Source: Cyanobacteriota bacterium | GTDB taxonomy: Bacteria > Cyanobacteriota > Cyanobacteriia > Leptolyngbyales > Leptolyngbyaceae | Assembly (NCBI GenBank): GCA_026389365.1 | Contig: JAPLHZ010000113.1 | Coordinates: 1 to 63,960 of the forward strand | Length of the DNA stretch: 63,960 bases | Direction: 5' to 3' | In this document: positions 40,879 to 51,545 of the stretch, in pieces | How positions within the stretch are numbered: the stretch's first letter is position 1 | Layout: each line of letters opens with the position of its first letter | Notes under the pieces: model-generated | Seen by the model: the letters and a program-made list of their open reading frames with translations, nothing else | Told to the model about the DNA's origin: nothing | The model's database searches: none | Translations under genes and position numbers: made by a program

Positions 40879-42450
40879 TTAAACTTCAGTCTCGGCAATG
40901 CCGTCCCGAGTGATATACCAAGTCAATGCTCCGCCACCCAGCACGATCGCCGACAAACATAAAAACACAACTTTCAATCCCAGCGCCGATTCTCCAATGC
41001 CCGCCAACACCAAGGGCAAACTTAAAGCAATGTTCACCGCATTGTTTTGTAAGCCAAACACCTTACCCCGCATGTCTTCTGGGGTTTCTTGTTGAATCGT
41101 GGTTTGCATAGGAATCCCGATCGCCGCCGCAAAAAATCCCACCAATGCTAAACACCCAAAGGACGGCCAGAAATGAGTGTACGTGAATGCCAATGCCGAC
41201 AATGCCGCCGCCACGCCCGTCGAGCCATAGAGCGCAAGGCGATTGTTTGAAATTCGCTGACCAAAGTTGCCCAACAACGTCGCACCCATGGCCATACCCA
41301 GTCCGCCAGCTGCCAACAAAAAGCCAAACTGTGACGATTTGATTTCGGGCATCACTTCTGCCAACCGCACCGCCAACACCGACAATGCAGCAAACACTGA
41401 GAACAAAATCACAAGCTGAATTAAGGCCGCTCGCACATGGGCCTGCTTGCCGAGGTAGTTCAAGCCATCTTTAATATCGGCAAATACGTGGGGACGTTCG
41501 ATCGTTTTATCGACGGGGACTTCGCCTGTTTTAAGCAATAGAAGTAATAGACCTGCGATCGCATAACCGCCGCCCACCACCAGTTCTTTGCCTAAATCCA
41601 TCACGCCCAAGCCTGAAAAAAGCTGATCAGCCAACGCCAACAGCGGCTCCCCAACCGCAAATCCAATAATCACTGAGGCCATCATCGTGGTGGTGTACAA
41701 CGAATTAGCAGATAGAAGATTTTCCTTCTCAACCAAAAGCGGCATCACCGATTGTTCAGCAGGCGCAAAGAACTGCGTCAAGGTGGACACCAAAAATGTG
41801 ATTACCAACATCAATGCAAACCCCACCGGAGTCTCGCCCCAAGGTGCCCAATCTTTTACCGCCCACAACATCACCGGGAGCGAAAAAACCAACAGTCCAC
41901 GCAACAAATTGGTCGCAACTAAAACGCCTTTCTTGGACCATCGATCGACATAAACACCAGCAATAGAGCCAAATAAAATCGCCGGAATCGTTGAGGCAAT
42001 CATCGTCGAAGATACCCACCCGCTGATGGGTTGGTCGTCCTGTTGAAACCGGGACGCAATCAGCGCAATCATTAGGACCAAGTAAACCTTGTCGGCCAAC
42101 TGCGAAAAAACCTGACCTGACCACAGCGTCAAGAAAGCACGATTTTTTAATACCGGAAGAAAGCCTTGCTGTTCAGGAATAGGGACTTCCGCCGATTCCA
42201 AGGGCTTTTTAGTCTCAACACCATCAAGTGTCGGATGCTCAGTATTGTCAAGCGGCGGCATTGATGGGCCTGAAGAATCTTGAAGCAATACCTTGGCCTT
42301 ATCGAATGGAATAACTTTTGATTCATCGCCAAATGGTCTGCCCTGAAGTCCCGTTAATTTTCCACGGGAAGTGGGGGTTCCGGACGTTGGGGGCGTTGTT
42401 TTTCGGGGTGGTTGGGGGGACACAGGATTGTGCATACTGCCGGGTTTCAT
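40879..42450 (-). CDS. MFS transporter with ~95-aa disordered N-terminal extension
   Basis: 523 aa. About 12 hydrophobic helices after a Pro/Ser/Thr-rich N-terminus. DRWSKK-type loop motif. Confidence 0.75.
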   Translation of the reverse strand: MKPGSMHNPVSPQPPRKTTPPTSGTPTSRGKLTGLQGRPFGDESKVIPFDKAKVLLQDSSGPSMPPLDNTEHPTLDGVETKKPLESAEVPIPEQQGFLPVLKNRAFLTLWSGQVFSQLADKVYLVLMIALIASRFQQDDQPISGWVSSTMIASTIPAILFGSIAGVYVDRWSKKGVLVATNLLRGLLVFSLPVMLWAVKDWAPWGETPVGFALMLVITFLVSTLTQFFAPAEQSVMPLLVEKENLLSANSLYTTTMMASVIIGFAVGEPLLALADQLFSGLGVMDLGKELVVGGGYAIAGLLLLLLKTGEVPVDKTIERPHVFADIKDGLNYLGKQAHVRAALIQLVILFSVFAALSVLAVRLAEVMPEIKSSQFGFLLAAGGLGMAMGATLLGNFGQRISNNRLALYGSTGVAAALSALAFTYTHFWPSFGCLALVGFFAAAIGIPMQTTIQQETPEDMRGKVFGLQNNAVNIALSLPLVLAGIGESALGLKVVFLCLSAIVLGGGALTWYITRDGIAETEV

Positions 42451-42655
42451 AGCCTAATATGGAGCAGGAAAATCATCACGGAATGAAAGCGAGGACGAGA
42501 CTTTAGGAGATTTGAAGATCCTTAATATATAGATGCGAAAATTGATGTTTACAGTTTAGCACCTGCATCTTATTCAAAGACGGACGAATCACCGATCTAT
42601 TTTGCATGACGAGTATCTTAAAACACTCTAAAACATGGATTACGTAGCTGATCCA

Positions 42656-43597
42656 CTAAAAGAGTTGATCCACCAATGTCGCCGATCGGATTGGTCGATC
42701 GAAATGGTAATGAGCACAGGAGCGTAAAAGTCGTTCAATCGATCGCCATGCCATATCGGGATTCATGCCTTGGGGAAGGGTTTCTGGATCCAAATAGGGT
42801 AACTCGTTCCCCGACAGTTGCTGCATCAGCGTCATTTGAATAGCTCCAAGCTGAGTGGGCCGAGAGGCTTGTTTGGGAGAATAGAGCCGCACAGGACGTT
42901 CTGCAACCCGAGTCACCGCAGCCCTTGCCGTCACCGCTCCAGATCCAGCCTGTATTTCCCGATCGTCTTCTGGGATTTCACCTTGCTGCTCCGATCGCCA
43001 AGCTGCCAATGCGGCCAACGTCACCGCCCCGCCCGCCTCTACACTAAACGCCGCTCGCCACACCGGATTCCCCACTTCAGGCGCTAGGATTTCTCCACTC
43101 AAACAACAGCGATACATCTGCGGGGCAACTCCAGCTATTGCTAAAAGTTGATAGATCGCATGGGTCAACCGAGCCAAGATTTCTCCGGGTGCAGCGGCTT
43201 GCAATCGATGTAAATGTTCCATCAAAAGATAAAACAGCCCTTCCTGAGATTGATCGCTCTGGGCTTGCTGGAGGGCGAGTTCGGCTAGGTATTGGCTGGC
43301 GGTGAGTTTACGAATGTCGAGGGCGAGTTTTGGAAACGATTCAATTGACTCTGCCTGGGTAATTTTGTCCATGGACTTGCCCCGCGCAATTAGTAAGTCG
43401 TTCACCACAAACAATGAACTGCGGCCCGATAAGCTGGACTTCTGCTTCCGGGCACTAGGCGCAATCACGCGAATCAATCCCGCCTCTTTCGTCAAAATCG
43501 TCATCATCCGATCGGCTTCCCCGGACGGTTTGCTACGAAGATTGATTCCTGTGACGCGGTAGGTTCGGGCATTACGTTCATCCCGATCGCTATTCAT
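42656..43597 (-). CDS. recO: DNA repair protein RecO
   Basis: 313 aa. N-terminal OB-fold pattern TYRVTGINLRSKPSGEADR...LIRVIA typical of RecO. Confidence 0.8.
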   Translation of the reverse strand: MNSDRDERNARTYRVTGINLRSKPSGEADRMMTILTKEAGLIRVIAPSARKQKSSLSGRSSLFVVNDLLIARGKSMDKITQAESIESFPKLALDIRKLTASQYLAELALQQAQSDQSQEGLFYLLMEHLHRLQAAAPGEILARLTHAIYQLLAIAGVAPQMYRCCLSGEILAPEVGNPVWRAAFSVEAGGAVTLAALAAWRSEQQGEIPEDDREIQAGSGAVTARAAVTRVAERPVRLYSPKQASRPTQLGAIQMTLMQQLSGNELPYLDPETLPQGMNPDMAWRSIERLLRSCAHYHFDRPIRSATLVDQLF

Positions 43598-43670
43598 AAG
43601 CTGCTGTTCATTAAGATGTCCCGCATAGAATATTGCTCATAGAGTTTTCGAGAATTCTCGTCTACTGAAT

Positions 43671-43738
43671 TACCGCCCACTTATAATTATCGCCCACTTA
43701 TAATTATCGCCCACTTATCGCGTACTTATCGCCCACTT
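43671..43738. repeat. Tandem array of a TA(C/T)CGCCCACTT-containing unit (17-bp period, 4 copies)
   Basis: TACCGCCCACTTATAAT / TATCGCCCACTTATAAT / TATCGCCCACTTATCGCGTACT / TATCGCCCACTT. The last copy supplies the final codons and stop of deoC. Confidence 0.85.
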
Positions 43739-44409
43739 TGCTGAGCCTTCAGCAATTCCATCCCCCGAGACGTTCCAATCCGAGTCGCCCCGGCTAGTAC
43801 TAATTCCATGGCTTTTTCCAGGGTCCGAATGCCCCCCGATGCCTTGATGCCAACCCGATCGCGACTAATTTCCTTCAAAATTCGCACATCTTCCACCGTT
43901 GCTCCGCCAACCCAACCCGTGCTGGTTTTCAAAAAGGCGGCTCCTGCATCCATCGCTAGCTCTGCCGCTAGACGTTTTTCTCCATCCGTCAGCAGCGCCA
44001 TTTCCAAAATTGCCTTAATCATGCATCCCGTTTCCTCACAAATTTGAGCGATTTCTCGATGCACATCATCCGATCGGCCTTCTTTTAGCCAACCAATATT
44101 AAGCACCACATCCAATTCCGTCGCCCCAAACTCTGCCGCTTCAAGGGCTTCATATAATTTCGTGGAACTCGTTGAAAATCCTGTGGGGAACCCAATTACT
44201 GTGCAGACCCTTGGCTTTTTGTTATGCAGTAGTTCAACGGCCTTCTTGACATGACAAGGCGGTACACAGACTGCGGCAAATCCGCGCAAATCCGCTTCAT
44301 TACAAAACTGCTCTACCTGCAATCCGATCGCACTGGGACTTAGTAGAGAATGGTCAATTAGAGGAGCCAAATCGATATTGGCATAGTCCTGCGGATTCAC
44401 CGTCATCAA
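43726..44409 (-). CDS. deoC: Deoxyribose-phosphate aldolase
   Basis: 227 aa. IDHSLL, Schiff-base Lys context [15 protein letters not shown]. Confidence 0.9.
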   Translation of the reverse strand: MMTVNPQDYANIDLAPLIDHSLLSPSAIGLQVEQFCNEADLRGFAAVCVPPCHVKKAVELLHNKKPRVCTVIGFPTGFSTSSTKLYEALEAAEFGATELDVVLNIGWLKEGRSDDVHREIAQICEETGCMIKAILEMALLTDGEKRLAAELAMDAGAAFLKTSTGWVGGATVEDVRILKEISRDRVGIKASGGIRTLEKAMELVLAGATRIGTSRGMELLKAQQSGR

Positions 44410-44540
44410 ATCGCCTCTTACACATCATCTGAATCATCATTGCCTTATTCACTCTAAAGCTTAGACTGATCTATTGATGATATACATCTGTATCACTTGT
44501 ATCACTGGTACGAGCTTGTATCCGTCACAAGTTCGGATTC

Positions 44541-44747
44541 CTAGCGTGTTCCAGAACCTTGCGTGAATAGAGGCGGATGATTCGGTTGGGGCACGAAAAT
44601 ATCTTTGGACGATCCAAAGGCAGTGGTTCCCTGGGTTACAGGTACTGCAACGGGGCCAAGGACCACCGCACCGACGACCTGAGACGCACAGAACCCGAGG
44701 GGGACTAAAATACCAAATCGGTAGATGATCTGTAGAATTAGATTCAT
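44541..44747 (-). CDS. Possible small membrane protein
   Basis: ORF 44541-44783. ATG 44747 gives 68 aa with one hydrophobic helix. No family recognised. Confidence 0.25.
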   Translation of the reverse strand: MNLILQIIYRFGILVPLGFCASQVVGAVVLGPVAVPVTQGTTAFGSSKDIFVPQPNHPPLFTQGSGTR

Positions 44748-45237
44748 GGTGGGTTGCCTAAAATTGTGTAGAGAAATAATCATTTAGAGCAATTGATTTC
44801 CCGGCATAATTCATAACGGTAAGTGACGTGACACTCAAATCCAGTATGTTTACTGAATTTTTTAATAGTTTCCTAATCTGCTCTTCACCTTAGCCTCACA
44901 GAATCCGGAAAAATCGCCAGAAACCGCTCAATCTTATTGAAAATTCACGTAATTAATGGCGTGTCCTCCTCCGTTAGCATCTCGATAATTCCTAGAACAA
45001 TGAGTCTGAACTTGTCGCACACGTCCTAGTTGGAAATTTGAATTTGAGGAGCACCGTTCATCAGGAATTATTCAATTATTAAAATTTTCGGAGCTTTTTA
45101 CGCTGGCGCGGCTTTCAGTGCTTTCAGTGCCTGATGTTAAGCTCTGTTTCAACTTTGTATCGGACCCACCCAGCGACCAAATTCTCCATGCTACGATCGC
45201 ATTTGTTAAGTTCTAGACGTTATTTGGAGATAGGGCT

Positions 45238-46458
45238 TTGGCACTACGCGTAGCTGTTGTTGGTGGAGGTCCGGCTGGATCCTGTGCGGCGGAAGTCTTG
45301 GCAAAAGCTGGGATTGAGACGTTCTTAATTGAGCGCAAGTTAGACAATGTGAAACCCTGCGGTGGTGCGATTCCACTTTGTATGGTGGAAGAATTCGATT
45401 TACCGGAAAGCATCATCGATCGTAAAGTTCGACGGATGAAGATGATTTCGCCTTCAGACGTTGAAGTAGACATCGGTCAGACTCTGAAGAAGGATGAATA
45501 CATTGGTATGGTTCGCCGGGAAGTATTCGATGACTTCTTGCGTAACCGGGCTGCATCGTTGGGTGCAAAGCTGATTAATGGCACCATGTATAAATTGGAG
45601 CTACCCACCACAAGTACTGGGTCTTACACCCTCCACTACGCGGATCATTCCAATGGAATTGAGGGTGTTGATAAGAAACTGGTTGTGGATCTAGTGGTAG
45701 GTGCGGATGGCGCAAACTCGCGGGTTGCCAAGGCAATTGATGCGGGCGATTACAACTATGCGATCGCGTTCCAAGAACGGATCATGCTGCCACCTGACAA
45801 GATGGCATATTACGATGATTTGGCTGAGATGTATGTCGGAGACGACGTATCCACGGACTTCTATGCTTGGGTGTTTCCAAAACACGACCACGTTGCCGTT
45901 GGAACCGGGACCATGAAGCCCAACCAAGCCCAGATCAAGAAACTCCAAGCCGGAATTCGGACTCGTGCAGCAGAAAAGCTACGCGGCGGTAAGATTATTC
46001 GCGTTGAAGCTCATCCTATTCCTGAACATCCAAGACCGCGTCGGGTTGTCGGTCGGGTTGCTTTAGTGGGTGATGCGGCAGGAACGGTCACCAAGTCGTC
46101 GGGTGAAGGCATCTATTTTGCAGCGAAATCGGCTCGCATGTGTGCAGAAGCGATCGTTGAATTTTCTGAAAATGGCGCTAGAATCCCGACTGAAGCAGAT
46201 CTAAAGGTCTACATTAAGCGTTGGGATAAGGAATACGGCATCACCTATTTGGTGTTGGATATTCTCCAGCGTGTGTTCTACCGCAGCGACGCAACTCGTG
46301 AAGCGTTTGTGGAAATGTGTAGTGACATTGATGTTCAGAAGCTAACGTTCGATAGCTATCTCTACAAACGTGTTGTTCCAGCAAATCCATTCACCCAGTT
46401 GAAGATCACCGCGAAAACCATCGGTAGTCTGATCCGTGGGAATGCCCTTGCGCCCTAG
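45238..46458 (+). CDS. chlP: Geranylgeranyl reductase (chlorophyll/tocopherol phytyl-chain synthesis)
   Basis: 406 aa, TTG start with GGAGA 8 nt upstream. RVAVVGGGPAGSCAAE FAD motif and KPCGGAIPLCMVEEFDLP typical of ChlP. Confidence 0.92.
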   Translation: MALRVAVVGGGPAGSCAAEVLAKAGIETFLIERKLDNVKPCGGAIPLCMVEEFDLPESIIDRKVRRMKMISPSDVEVDIGQTLKKDEYIGMVRREVFDDFLRNRAASLGAKLINGTMYKLELPTTSTGSYTLHYADHSNGIEGVDKKLVVDLVVGADGANSRVAKAIDAGDYNYAIAFQERIMLPPDKMAYYDDLAEMYVGDDVSTDFYAWVFPKHDHVAVGTGTMKPNQAQIKKLQAGIRTRAAEKLRGGKIIRVEAHPIPEHPRPRRVVGRVALVGDAAGTVTKSSGEGIYFAAKSARMCAEAIVEFSENGARIPTEADLKVYIKRWDKEYGITYLVLDILQRVFYRSDATREAFVEMCSDIDVQKLTFDSYLYKRVVPANPFTQLKITAKTIGSLIRGNALAP

Positions 46459-46490
46459 GCTCTAAGTTCAGGTTTAATTGCGTGATATGA

Positions 46491-46530
46491 AAGTGGGCGA
46501 TTCAACTTAATGAGTCGCCCACTTTTTGTT
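46491..46530 (+). terminator. Rho-independent terminator of chlP
   Basis: AAGTGGGCGA (46491-46500) pairs with TCGCCCACTT (46515-46524), followed by TTTGTTG. Confidence 0.7.
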
Positions 46531-46564
46531 GTTTATTTTATTTGTTGTTTATTTTAAATGTTAA

Positions 46565-47296
46565 CTAACCACCGATCGGGGGTTGCATCACATCGGTGGC
46601 AGGCAGTTCGAGACAATATCCCGCGCCGTAGACGGTCTTAATGTATTGAGGATGGCGGGGTTCTGGTTCAAGTTTAGTTCGCAGGTGACGGACATGGACT
46701 CGAATGGTCTCAATGTCATCATCAGGATCGTAGCCCCACACCTCTCGGAGAATTTCGCTCGGTGACACTGTTTGGCCATGGCGTTGAAGCAAACAATGTA
46801 ATAACTCAAATTCTAAATGGGTTAGCTTAACGGTGCGGTTGAACCAGATTGCCTCAAAACGTTCTGGCACTAGGGTCATGGGACCATGATTTAGAATCTC
46901 AGTATGCTTGGCCGCTTGGGGAATTCGATCGGTTCGCCTCAAGAGCGCTCGCACCCGAACTAATAATTCTTCCACCTCGAACGGTTTAGTCATGTAATCA
47001 TCGGCCCCAGCATTGAAACCCTCGACCTTATTTTCGGTCTGGCTCAATGCCGTCAACATCAAAATAGGGATTTCACCTGTGCGCTCATCGCGTCGTAGTC
47101 GTTGACACACCGTAAAACCATCCACACGAGGCAACATCAAATCGAGCATGACTAAATCAGGCTGCATTTGCAAGGCCATTGCCTGTCCTTTAATGCCATC
47201 CGCCGCGAGACTGACCTCATAACCTGCCATCTCTAGGTTGACCGCAACCAACTCTGCGATCGCGGGATCATCATCAATAATAAGTACACGAGGCAT
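46565..47296 (-). CDS. rpaA: OmpR-family response regulator, RpaA-like (circadian/global output regulator)
   Basis: 243 aa. Receiver domain (DLMLPRVDG) plus winged-helix domain. Long stretches ([68 protein letters not shown]) match my memory of Synechococcus RpaA. Confidence 0.75.
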   Translation of the reverse strand: MPRVLIIDDDPAIAELVAVNLEMAGYEVSLAADGIKGQAMALQMQPDLVMLDLMLPRVDGFTVCQRLRRDERTGEIPILMLTALSQTENKVEGFNAGADDYMTKPFEVEELLVRVRALLRRTDRIPQAAKHTEILNHGPMTLVPERFEAIWFNRTVKLTHLEFELLHCLLQRHGQTVSPSEILREVWGYDPDDDIETIRVHVRHLRTKLEPEPRHPQYIKTVYGAGYCLELPATDVMQPPIGG

Positions 47297-47409
47297 TGTT
47301 ATAACCGCTCTGCTAAACGTCTGAGAAAAGAAATGACGAACTATCTGAAAATTTTGAAATCAAAAAAGTACTTTTCTTACAGGAAACGCCAAGTTAACTT
47401 GTCAGATCT

Positions 47410-48741
47410 ATGTCTAAGTATTATGTAACAATACCAGACTTGATCTTCAAACAGGAACGGGCAATGGGGAGCGAGATCTTCGGTTGGGTAATGGTTGCAT
47501 CAAGTGCAGGACTGGTGACGATCGGTGGCTTTGTTAGTTCAGTTTTTGCGGGACGATTAATTCCTGTAGTGCAAAATGCATCCAAATATCGCTTGATGCG
47601 ATCGTCTCTCCCGCCTAATTTTGCCGATCGAGTGGATGTGATGATTCCGGCTTATAACGAAGCTGACAATATTGAAGCCTGTGTCCGATCGGTTTTAAAC
47701 AGTACCAATCTATCCTCAAAGCAGCTTTCTGTTTGGGTTGTAGACGATCAATCCAGCGATCGCACTTGGGATATTTTGACAAAACTTGATCAAGAAGGTG
47801 ACGATCGATTGCAGATTATCCAGGGAGGCGATCGGCCCACGGGTGAAGTTTGGATGGGCAAAAATTGGGCTTGTGCGCAGGCGATGGATCGGGCGACAGG
47901 CGACTATGTATTGTTCATTGATGCTGATGTACAGCTTAAACCGGGCGCAATTGAGACCGCTGTGGTGGCAGCTAAGACCAATCAGTGGGATTTACTAACG
48001 GGCTGGCCGACCATTGTTTGCGGCTGTCTTGGCGAGTGGATTGCTCAACCTATTGTTGCCAGTATGTTTGCCTTGGCGTTTCAGCCCGCTGAGATTGCTG
48101 ATGCGCAAAATGAGAGTATGTTTGCCGTGGGTCCCTTTATGTTGTTTCGACGCAGTGCTTACGATCGGGTTGGCGGACATCGGGCGTTGCGATCGGAAAT
48201 TGTGGAAGACGTGGAATTGGCGCGGGCGATTCAGGGTGCGGGACTCTCCTTACACTTTGGCTATCTCGGTGATTTAGCACTATTGCGAATGTATCGAACC
48301 TTCGGGGCGCTGTGGGAAGGCTGGACTAAAAATTGGCATCTAGGATCTCGGCGAAATACAAAAGCAACATTATATTCAGCCACGATCGCATTCTTAGTCT
48401 TTACATTGCCTTGGTTGAATGTAGGATTAACGACAAATAATTTGTGGCAGGCGATCGTATCTGATCCTTGGGCGGCGGATCCTTTGATGACGGCTTATTC
48501 AACAGGAAATAATCTACAGATTTGGTGTTTAGGATTGCTTGCGATCGCGTCTGTTATTCTTTTGATTCCGCAATGGCAAATCCGTCAGCGAGTCAATAAG
48601 GTGATGAATCTTTCTGCGAATTATTGGTGGTTGAGTGGGATCGGCGGACTGGTTATAGCGGCTATTGCCCTGGCCTCTTGGGTCAAAACCGAAACGGGCT
48701 GGGGCTGGACTTGGCGAGGACGATCGTTAAAATTAAAATAA
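47410..48741 (+). CDS. Membrane-bound glycosyltransferase family 2
   Basis: 443 aa (alternative start ATG 47464). IPAYNEADNI, VVDDQSSDRT, FIDADV (DxD) motifs, flanked by TM helices. Confidence 0.7.
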   Translation: MSKYYVTIPDLIFKQERAMGSEIFGWVMVASSAGLVTIGGFVSSVFAGRLIPVVQNASKYRLMRSSLPPNFADRVDVMIPAYNEADNIEACVRSVLNSTNLSSKQLSVWVVDDQSSDRTWDILTKLDQEGDDRLQIIQGGDRPTGEVWMGKNWACAQAMDRATGDYVLFIDADVQLKPGAIETAVVAAKTNQWDLLTGWPTIVCGCLGEWIAQPIVASMFALAFQPAEIADAQNESMFAVGPFMLFRRSAYDRVGGHRALRSEIVEDVELARAIQGAGLSLHFGYLGDLALLRMYRTFGALWEGWTKNWHLGSRRNTKATLYSATIAFLVFTLPWLNVGLTTNNLWQAIVSDPWAADPLMTAYSTGNNLQIWCLGLLAIASVILLIPQWQIRQRVNKVMNLSANYWWLSGIGGLVIAAIALASWVKTETGWGWTWRGRSLKLK

Positions 48742-48804
48742 TTGAGATGCTGAAAATAGCACAATACTTGATCGTTCGTTTAGAGTGCGATCGAGATTAT
48801 TGTT

Positions 48805-50061
48805 CTATGAACACCAAGTTTTAATTACTTTGCCTTGAATAGTTTGGTTCAAAAGATGAGTATTATGCGATCGGCAATTTAAAGTTTGTTCAGTCACCGA
48901 CCAACGCTCATTTGGATTAAATAGAATTAAAGATTGCAGGTTCTCCGGTTGGATTGATTGCAGGGTTTGATTCAAACAGCTCATAGGCCGTTGGCTGAGG
49001 CTGCGCCAAAGTTCTAGGGCTGTTAATGTTTCAGATTTAACTAAGGCATTCCAAAGTTCAGCTAGCGCCAATTCAAAGCCGATCGCACCAGGAATTGTTT
49101 CTCCAAATGCAACGGTTTTTTCCTCGTAGGTATAGCCACTATGGTCGATTGCGATCGCATCTATTACGCCAGATTTAATGGCTTGAAGTAGCGAAATCCG
49201 ATCGATCCGATTGCCCAGTGGTGATAAAAGTCGAAAATTTGGATCATAGTTCTGGAGATCGCTGGTGTCATACAGAAGATGTTGCCAAGTGACGCTAGCG
49301 GTGATGGGTAAGCCCTCAGATTTGGCCGCCGCAATCAGTTCCACTGCGCGGGCCGTGGAGATTCGCATCAGATGAACAGGAGTCTGGATTTCCCGCAGTA
49401 GCTCTAGAATCATCGCGATCGGAACCGCCTCGGCGCTGGATGGAATACCGGGCAAGCCAAATTTCAGGGCATTTACGCCGTCACGAATAGTACCGTTACC
49501 CGTGAGATCTACGTCACAGGGCCACAGCATAATAGGTTTGCCGAGGGGTTGCAGGTAGTCCAGTATTCGGCGCAACATCAGGGCGGCAGGTGCAGGTTTT
49601 CCGTCTGAAAAGCCTATTACGTGGGGTTCTAGTTCTCTGAATTCACACAATTGCTGGCCTGCGGTATTAAGCGTGAGTGCGCCCCAGAATTGAACTTTGG
49701 GACCAATCGCCGACAGAGTATTTGCCCTATGCCGCATCGAAGTCAGTTGACCTGAATTGTCTAAGGGGGGAGTCGTGTTGGGCAGGAGATTGAGATTAGT
49801 GAATCCGCCAGAAATAGCAGATTCAAGTAATGATTCTAAAGTCTCTCGTTCTTCATGGCCGGGTTCTCCCGATCGGCTATACAAATCCGTTAAGCCGGGA
49901 CCAAAAACACAGCCTTGACTATCAAAGACCACGGCGGAATGGGGAATTGGCAAGGTGGGACCGATCGCTTTGATGGTGCCATTATCAAGCAGCACATCCC
50001 CAATGCGATCGTGGTTTGCACTAGGGTCAAGGATACGGACTTGTTGGAGAAATTCGAGCAT
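48805..50061 (-). CDS. Dihydroorotase-like amidohydrolase-fold protein lacking metal ligands (PyrC-prime-like, probably non-catalytic)
   Basis: 418 aa, collinear with type I dihydroorotase. The HxH motif is replaced by YSR (GLTDLYSRSGEPG; codons at 49873-49881). Later His ligands read as P and R (LWPCD, HLMRIST). DHxxx retained (AIDHSGY). Confidence 0.75.
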   Translation of the reverse strand: MLEFLQQVRILDPSANHDRIGDVLLDNGTIKAIGPTLPIPHSAVVFDSQGCVFGPGLTDLYSRSGEPGHEERETLESLLESAISGGFTNLNLLPNTTPPLDNSGQLTSMRHRANTLSAIGPKVQFWGALTLNTAGQQLCEFRELEPHVIGFSDGKPAPAALMLRRILDYLQPLGKPIMLWPCDVDLTGNGTIRDGVNALKFGLPGIPSSAEAVPIAMILELLREIQTPVHLMRISTARAVELIAAAKSEGLPITASVTWQHLLYDTSDLQNYDPNFRLLSPLGNRIDRISLLQAIKSGVIDAIAIDHSGYTYEEKTVAFGETIPGAIGFELALAELWNALVKSETLTALELWRSLSQRPMSCLNQTLQSIQPENLQSLILFNPNERWSVTEQTLNCRSHNTHLLNQTIQGKVIKTWCS

Positions 50062-50063
50062 TT

Positions 50064-51398
50064 CTAAAGCGCTCCTGCGGCTGTTTTGTCGAGGATGCCG
50101 CCGAGGTGAACGGTAATATTGGCGGCGCGCAATACAGGCGGATGGGTATCGCCTTTGTGATAATCAATTACGCTGACGGCTCCGTTGCCTTGTTTGAAAC
50201 TCCAGAATGATTCCGGTCCGACTCCCGTAACGTGACAGAGAATTGCTTTATTAATCGCATCATGAGCGACCACTAGCGTTGTGGTTCCCGGTGTGGCATT
50301 TTGAACAATATCGTTCCAAGCTACGATCGCGCGTTCAAACACATCGTTTAAATTTTCACCTTCGGGCATCTGTACGGTTTCTGGTTTTGCTTGCCATGCA
50401 TCTAGCAATTCACTATCCGTTAATCGAATTTCAGACTCTAGCTTTCCTTCCCAGGTTCCATGACTGATTTCCCAAAGGTCTCTTCGTTCTGTTAGTTCAA
50501 TGTGTGGATGATGGTTCAGAATCAACTCGGCAGTTTCTTTTGGCCGTGACATCGAACTCGTCACCGCAGCATCAATTTTTACGGCTTTTAAAAAGTCTCC
50601 AGCTTGCTTGGCTTGGTGTTGACCATATTCATTTAAGGGAATATCGATTTGACCTTGAAAACGACCCTCGCGGTTCCAGTTGGTTTCACCGTGACGCACT
50701 AACAATAGGCGCTTGATCCGATCGTGCCTAAGTTTAGGAAGCGGCTCGCCGAGATGGGCTGTGAGGTTGAGGGATTCGATTTGAACCGGTTCACCGAATT
50801 GACCCGAAAAATTCAGAACGCTGATGCAGCAGTTAGATTGTTCGAGGCGCTGGTGTTCGATCGCAGTCAATCCTATGGCAGTGTTGATTAATGCCCGGTT
50901 AATGGCGCTGTGGGCAACGATAAGGAGCGTTTGATTTGGGTGTTTTGGAAGCGTGTCATTCCAGAAGCGAGTGGCTTGTTCATAAAGATCCACGATCGGA
51001 TAGGCATCAACCTCAGTAGCATCGGCGGCAGTCCCTTTAAGGTGAAGCTTGTGAGGAGCCGATCGCCATTGGTCCATTTGGTCTGGAAACTTAGCCTCGA
51101 TGTCTGTAAAAAGCAACTCTTCCCAAAGTTTTAGGTTTACTTCTTTCAGATCGTCGTTGTAGAGAATGGTCGTGTTATCGGCCCGATCGGCCATGATGAG
51201 TGCTGTGGTTTGGCGGGTGCGCTGGAAGGGGCTGCTGTAAACCGCATCGATCGCGATGCTGGCAATAGCCTCTCCCACTTGAGTCGCCATAGCTTGCCCG
51301 CGCTGCGTAAGGGTTGATTTATCGCAGTGGCCTTGAACTCGACCTTCGACGTTATAGGTACTTTCGCCGTGACGCACAATAATGACGCGGGTTGCCAT
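50064..51398 (-). CDS. Tandem-domain histidine phosphatase (phosphoglycerate mutase superfamily)
   Basis: ORF 50064-51482; ATG 51398 is preferred. Two RHGE motifs (IIVRHGESTYN and LLVRHGETNWN), each followed by its own distal His (VAHSAIN, VAHDAIN). 2-nt gap to the dihydroorotase-like gene. Confidence 0.75.
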   Translation of the reverse strand: MATRVIIVRHGESTYNVEGRVQGHCDKSTLTQRGQAMATQVGEAIASIAIDAVYSSPFQRTRQTTALIMADRADNTTILYNDDLKEVNLKLWEELLFTDIEAKFPDQMDQWRSAPHKLHLKGTAADATEVDAYPIVDLYEQATRFWNDTLPKHPNQTLLIVAHSAINRALINTAIGLTAIEHQRLEQSNCCISVLNFSGQFGEPVQIESLNLTAHLGEPLPKLRHDRIKRLLLVRHGETNWNREGRFQGQIDIPLNEYGQHQAKQAGDFLKAVKIDAAVTSSMSRPKETAELILNHHPHIELTERRDLWEISHGTWEGKLESEIRLTDSELLDAWQAKPETVQMPEGENLNDVFERAIVAWNDIVQNATPGTTTLVVAHDAINKAILCHVTGVGPESFWSFKQGNGAVSVIDYHKGDTHPPVLRAANITVHLGGILDKTAAGAL

Positions 51399-51545
51399 GC
51401 TAGTTCTCCAAGTTTCACCAAGATCCGCCCCAATCCTACCGCAGTGTGGCACGGCTAAAAATACTTGACAACTCGAAGTCATTTCGACTACGCTTTAGTT
51501 CAAGCAACAAAACCATTGTTACTGAATTAAATCTTAGGAGTCCTT

